NCBI RefSeq assembly: GCF_009914755.1
Contig: NC_060926.1
Strand: one strand, 5' to 3'
Length of the DNA: 64,000 bases
From: the human T2T-CHM13v2.0 reference genome, Homo sapiens
Position 1 is the stretch's first letter, and every line of letters begins with the position of its first letter. Positions 59,711 through 64,000 of this stretch are shown one piece after another. The position numbers and the translations under genes are program-made. Below the pieces are notes generated by a model, which searched no databases, was not told the origin of the DNA, and saw only the letters and a list, made by a program, of their open reading frames with translations.

Positions 59711-61078
59711 TTTTTTAAAAGTGCCAGTGTAACACAAGAATTGGTAGAGAGCTTTGGAGCCTCAACCATTCATTTGTGTCTGATGAAGATAGCCAAGAAC
59801 TGTCTTTGTGGGGAGTAGGATAAGGAGTTGGCATCTCCTACAGGCCTCCCTGAGTCCACTTTGGTGCAGAGATGGAGCAGTAATGTATCAGTCAGTCTTG
59901 GTTAGGTTTCTTCACTCTCATTAGAGGATTTTAACAGTTTGTTTGTATGAGTTGATTTTAAAAGTCAATCTATTTGCTTTTAATCAGCAAAATCACTCTG
60001 TACTCAAAGACCATGCCAGAGAATGACTCCCTGAGTGCCTCCAGCTCTTATCAAAATCAAAGTTTCAAAAAGTAACATTTTCAGAGGATGGTAGACTAAA
60101 GGATATGTAGTTTATTCATCTCTGTAATTTGTCTAGATTTTAACCCTAGATCAAACAAAAACATCACTCATTAAGCTGAATAAATATTTGGACATTGTTT
60201 TTTGTTGTTGTTTTTGTTTTTGACAAGTCCCTCTACTCCTATAAAATTGCTTTTACTGAATTGAGCTTTGTTGTGATGTCCTCTGCTTCTTACTTTCTCT
60301 TGGTTTTATGGCTGAGATATATTGAGGAAGTTGCCTCAGTGTAGCCCTTCATAAGCCCCATGGGAGAAGAGTTCCTCAGACCTTAAGCGCAAGAATGAGC
60401 TTTGACTCTCCTAATTAAATGACATATCCTTATTTTATAGACAAGACCATGCAAGTTTTATGTATTCCTGGTCATGTTAATCAATTTACTTCCACTGAAA
60501 TTATTAATTTTCATTTTTACTTTTTAAATCACTTGACATAAATTTCAAATAACACTGTAAAGGATTCACTATTAAAGTGCTTTTATTTAATTATACATAT
60601 TCTCTATGTTTCCAGAGAGATAAACTAAACTACAGCCTCTGTGGGTTCTTGTCTTCTTGAAATAACCAAGTCTTCTTGGAAGTCCCAAAGGGGCTAGCAG
60701 GGAAGCATGGAGCCACTTAGTAAGAGGGTCTTCCAATTTTAATGTAATGTCACTTCAGCTCATCTCGCATGAGCATAGCTTTATTGGCTGGCTGCCTTTG
60801 ATCAACTTGGGTCCTCATGGTTTTCTTCATCAATGATGCTGGAACTGGAAATTTCTAACATGCCTCTGTGACTGCTCTTTGTCTAGCACCCATTTCTATC
60901 CTGTGCCATCTAACCCTAAACTGTGCCATCAACTATACAAGCTGCCTCTACTCTGATCTGACTGATGCAGCAAACAAGAAGAAATGAATTAACAGAAAAA
61001 CAAGCAAGATTCATAAATCTAAGACAAAAAAAATAAATCCTAAGATCATATTTTAACTAGATAACTTCTAGAAATCCA

Positions 61079-61130
61079 AATTGCATTATATTTGTACTTA
61101 TGAATTGCATTATATTTGTACTTATGAATT
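61079..61130. repeat. Perfect 24-bp tandem duplication
   Basis: AATTGCATTATATTTGTACTTATG x2 plus AATT. Confidence 0.95.
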
Positions 61131-61489
61131 TTATTTAGTATGCAAAATATGAAAATGTCATTTAGAAATTTCAGATACACTGAATTCATTAAGAGATATA
61201 TCCTAATAAACATGTTCTCTTTTCTCTGGAAATTAACCTTTAGAAAAAGCTACTGTGAAATAGGTAATTCTCAATTACCAGAGTATAAAGCATGGCCTCT
61301 TAAGATTATTCAAAAAAATCTTATTTTCAGGCCACAGAGTACAAATACACACTTGCCATCAATGTGTGAGTGGAAGGAGAATACATTCTTATATAGTTCA
61401 AAAAAGACATTAATAGAAAAATAAATACGCTTCTAAAAACAACTCTCAGGTGAACTAAATTATTTAAGTATTTTATTTCAGATTATTGA

Positions 61490-61880
61490 AGCTTCTTCAT
61501 GAAAATAGTCATTCAAGAGTTACTTCCTAACTCATTCTATGAGGCCAGTATTACCCTGATGCCAAAGTCAGACAAACAGTACAGAAAAACTACAGAACAA
61601 TATGTTTTATGAATATTGATGCAAACATACTCAACAAAATATTAACAAACCAAATTCAATAGCATCTTTAAAAGATTATACACCATGGCCATTGGGGAGT
61701 TATTCCTGGAATGCAAGGATGTTAAACATATGAAAATCAATTAATATAAGATACCACATTAACAGGATGTAGGGAAAAATATGATTATCTCAATTAATGT
61801 AGAAAAAGTATTTAGCAAATTTCAACACTTTCTCACGACAAAAACTAGGAACAGAAGGAAACTATCTCAACATCACTAAA
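61490..61880 (+). mobile_element. L1 ORF2 (RT region) fragment
   Basis: CCTAACTCATTCTATGAGGCCAGTATTACCCTGATGCCAAAG (PNSFYEASITLMPK). Confidence 0.9.
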
Positions 61881-61965
61881 GTTGTTTTTACTCAAAACAT
61901 GTCTAGATTAATCATGTATATCAAGGAAACTGGGCTGATTAAAATTTCCCATGAGGAGTACTTAC

Positions 61966-62208
61966 CTGCCAATATTTTCTTGAACTGTCTAAACCATATG
62001 TCACAGTGGTCTTCACTTAAATTAATAAGATCAAGTGTAGAATTCTTTAGTTTATTTTGTTCCTTTTTCAAGCAGATGAAGAGTGTGATACCTAATAAAG
62101 TACCACTTCTCTGCTGTTTAACAGAACAACGCCGTTTCAGTTTCACAGAGAATATGTCTTTGAGTTCAATAAATTCTTCTTTACATAGCAAGTCATACTT
62201 AGAATCAC
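61966..62208 (-). CDS. CERKL: CERKL exon 2 (243 nt), PH-like domain with KLKRR nuclear localisation signal
   Basis: Translates (G)[80 protein letters not shown](G); acceptor TTTTTTTTTCAG, donor CAG|GTAAGT; matches recalled CERKL protein. Confidence 0.97.
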
Positions 62209-62254
62209 CTGAAAAAAAAATAAATTTTCCAATTAAAACCATTGTGTTTCATAG

Positions 62255-62452
62255 AGAGGAACAACAGACACTGGGGCTTACCAGAGGGTAGAAAGTGAGC
62301 AAAGGGAGAGGATCAAGAAAAATAACTAATGGGTACTGGGCTTAATACCTGGGTGATGAAATAATCTGTACAACAAACCCCCATGACACAAATGTACCTA
62401 TATAACAAACCTGCACGTGTACCCCAGAACCTAAAAGTTAAAAAATAAAATG
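62255..62452 (+). mobile_element. L1PA/L1PB-type 3' UTR fragment
   Basis: GGCTTAATACCTGGGTGATGAAATAATCTGTACAACAAACCCCCATGACAC. Confidence 0.9.
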
Positions 62453-63114
62453 AATTACTAGTAAGAAATAAAAATTGTGACCATATCTTAAATGTATGAA
62501 TAATAGTTAAAACCAAAAAAATTCATCATTTGTAATTTTATGGATTGCCCTTTATGCCAGTCCCTACGTGAGATGGAAAGGGGAAGAAAAGAAAAATTGG
62601 GTTTATTTTGTCAAGAATTAGATTAAAAATAGAATAAATGGAAGAGAGTCCCTGCCACACAGGCCTACAACATTCGACATCTGAGGATAGTCAATGTATG
62701 AAGAATTCCAAGAACATAAACAAAGCGACATTTTAGTAATAAATTGGTGTCACATAAGGAGCTCTTTGGTACTAAGGATAGAGTAAAGTAACAGAAAAAA
62801 TAGAATTCACTAACAGAAGTGACTTTATGACAAATTGTTGAAGGCAGCCTTAACGAAAAGGAAATATACATTCCCATTAAAGTAACACATGCAAAGAGGA
62901 AGCAGAAGTACAATTATTGTGAGTAGGAAACATTATAAACTCTGTCAATCTAGGAGGAAATAGCCCCCTGAATTTAACCATAATCAGACTTAAAAAAAAA
63001 TAGTGGCATAAAATTTTCATGACTTATCTTTAAACCATAGGTCAGAAAATAATTATTGTGGAAAAGACCATTTCAATTGACTCTCAAAGTAGAAGTGTTT
63101 TAGACCTTAAAAAA

Positions 63115-63950
63115 AGACTTCCAAAACTTCTGCTTTGGCCAATGTGGAATAATAAGAAACTAGTTTTACCTTTCACCTAAAACTACAAAAGCACACAAGA
63201 TACGTGAAACAGTAGTTTTCAGACATTGGACATCAGGTAACACAGGACAGTGAAGCCGAAGAGGAGGAAAACAAAGTGGACCCTACGACCGCCCCAACCT
63301 ATTGCCTGCAGAGAATCTCCAGGTCACAGGGCAGATACAGGAATCCTGGTGGGGCCTGGTGATCTCCCTGAGTTAAGGAGAACTGGGGGTTCAGGAAGGC
63401 TAAGGGGACTAGAGTTCACTGTGCAATTTACTACAGAAGAGAAAGCTGAACAGTGAACACTGTAGATTTGCAGAGGTCCCCTTGAGACTTTAGCTGAAAG
63501 TATTGATCAGCAGATGTACAAAGCCAGATAAGAACTACTAGAAGAATTAACAGTACAATGCTTAGAGATGACACAGGTGTTCCTACCAGCTGAAGTGGAA
63601 AAACATGGAAATTCATATGACATTATGGTAAGTATTTAGAAGAGTATTGGTCCTTAGTGAGCTGGCTAAAGACTGCTGTGATTCCACCTAACAAAACTTA
63701 AAAGCAAGCCTCTCAAAAGGATGTCACTTTTTCCAGGTAACTTAACTACATCCTAGAACAATGCCAAAAAAATATTTACAGGAATAGAAAAAAAATTCAG
63801 CCATCCTGCACAGTAAAATTCACAATGTCACTCATCTAATCCAAAATCACTAGACAAGCAAAGAAGCAGAAAACATATGAACCAAAATAGGAGAAAAAGT
63901 AATCAGTAGAAATACATGCAGAAATGACTCGAGTGCTAAAAGTAACAGAA
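63115..63950 (+). mobile_element. Probable old L1M 5' region
   Basis: ACTTCTGCTTTGGCCAATG.. start and AAAATTCACAATGTC..CATCTAATCCAAAATCACTAGACAAGCAAAGAAGCAG resemble recalled L1M 5' ends. Confidence 0.55.
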
Positions 63951-64000
63951 AGCAGAGACCCTCTCTCAGCTTTTTAGTCCTTGAAGTATGAACAATGTTA

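Noticed and set aside
61899-62291. 130-aa plus-strand ORF
   Set aside because: Antisense shadow of exon 2

Overview
Primate (most likely human) genomic DNA covering the middle of the CERKL gene (ceramide kinase-like, RP26) on the minus strand. Ten coding exons (exons 2-11 of the 532-aa isoform) were read by hand with their splice signals; their lengths sum to 1127 nt in one open frame. The in-frame 78-nt cassette exon 4b is also present. Exon 1 and exons 12-13 lie outside the window. The rest is intron, dense in Alu, L1, L2, MIR, MaLR/ERV LTRs, an ERVL integrase relic and DNA transposon fossils. Almost all ORFs in the track are repeat-derived or spurious. I found no evidence of a wholly new biological system. 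The most notable unexplained structures are: a 259-bp, ~97%-identical inverted duplication inserted into an old L1 with templated-junction signatures; a second short templated duplication in intron 3; two consecutive GC splice donors (exons 4b and 5); and a CFTR-like (TG)n-T7-AAYAG acceptor on skippable exon 4. Repeat family names are from recall of consensus sequences, and most repeat boundaries are approximate.
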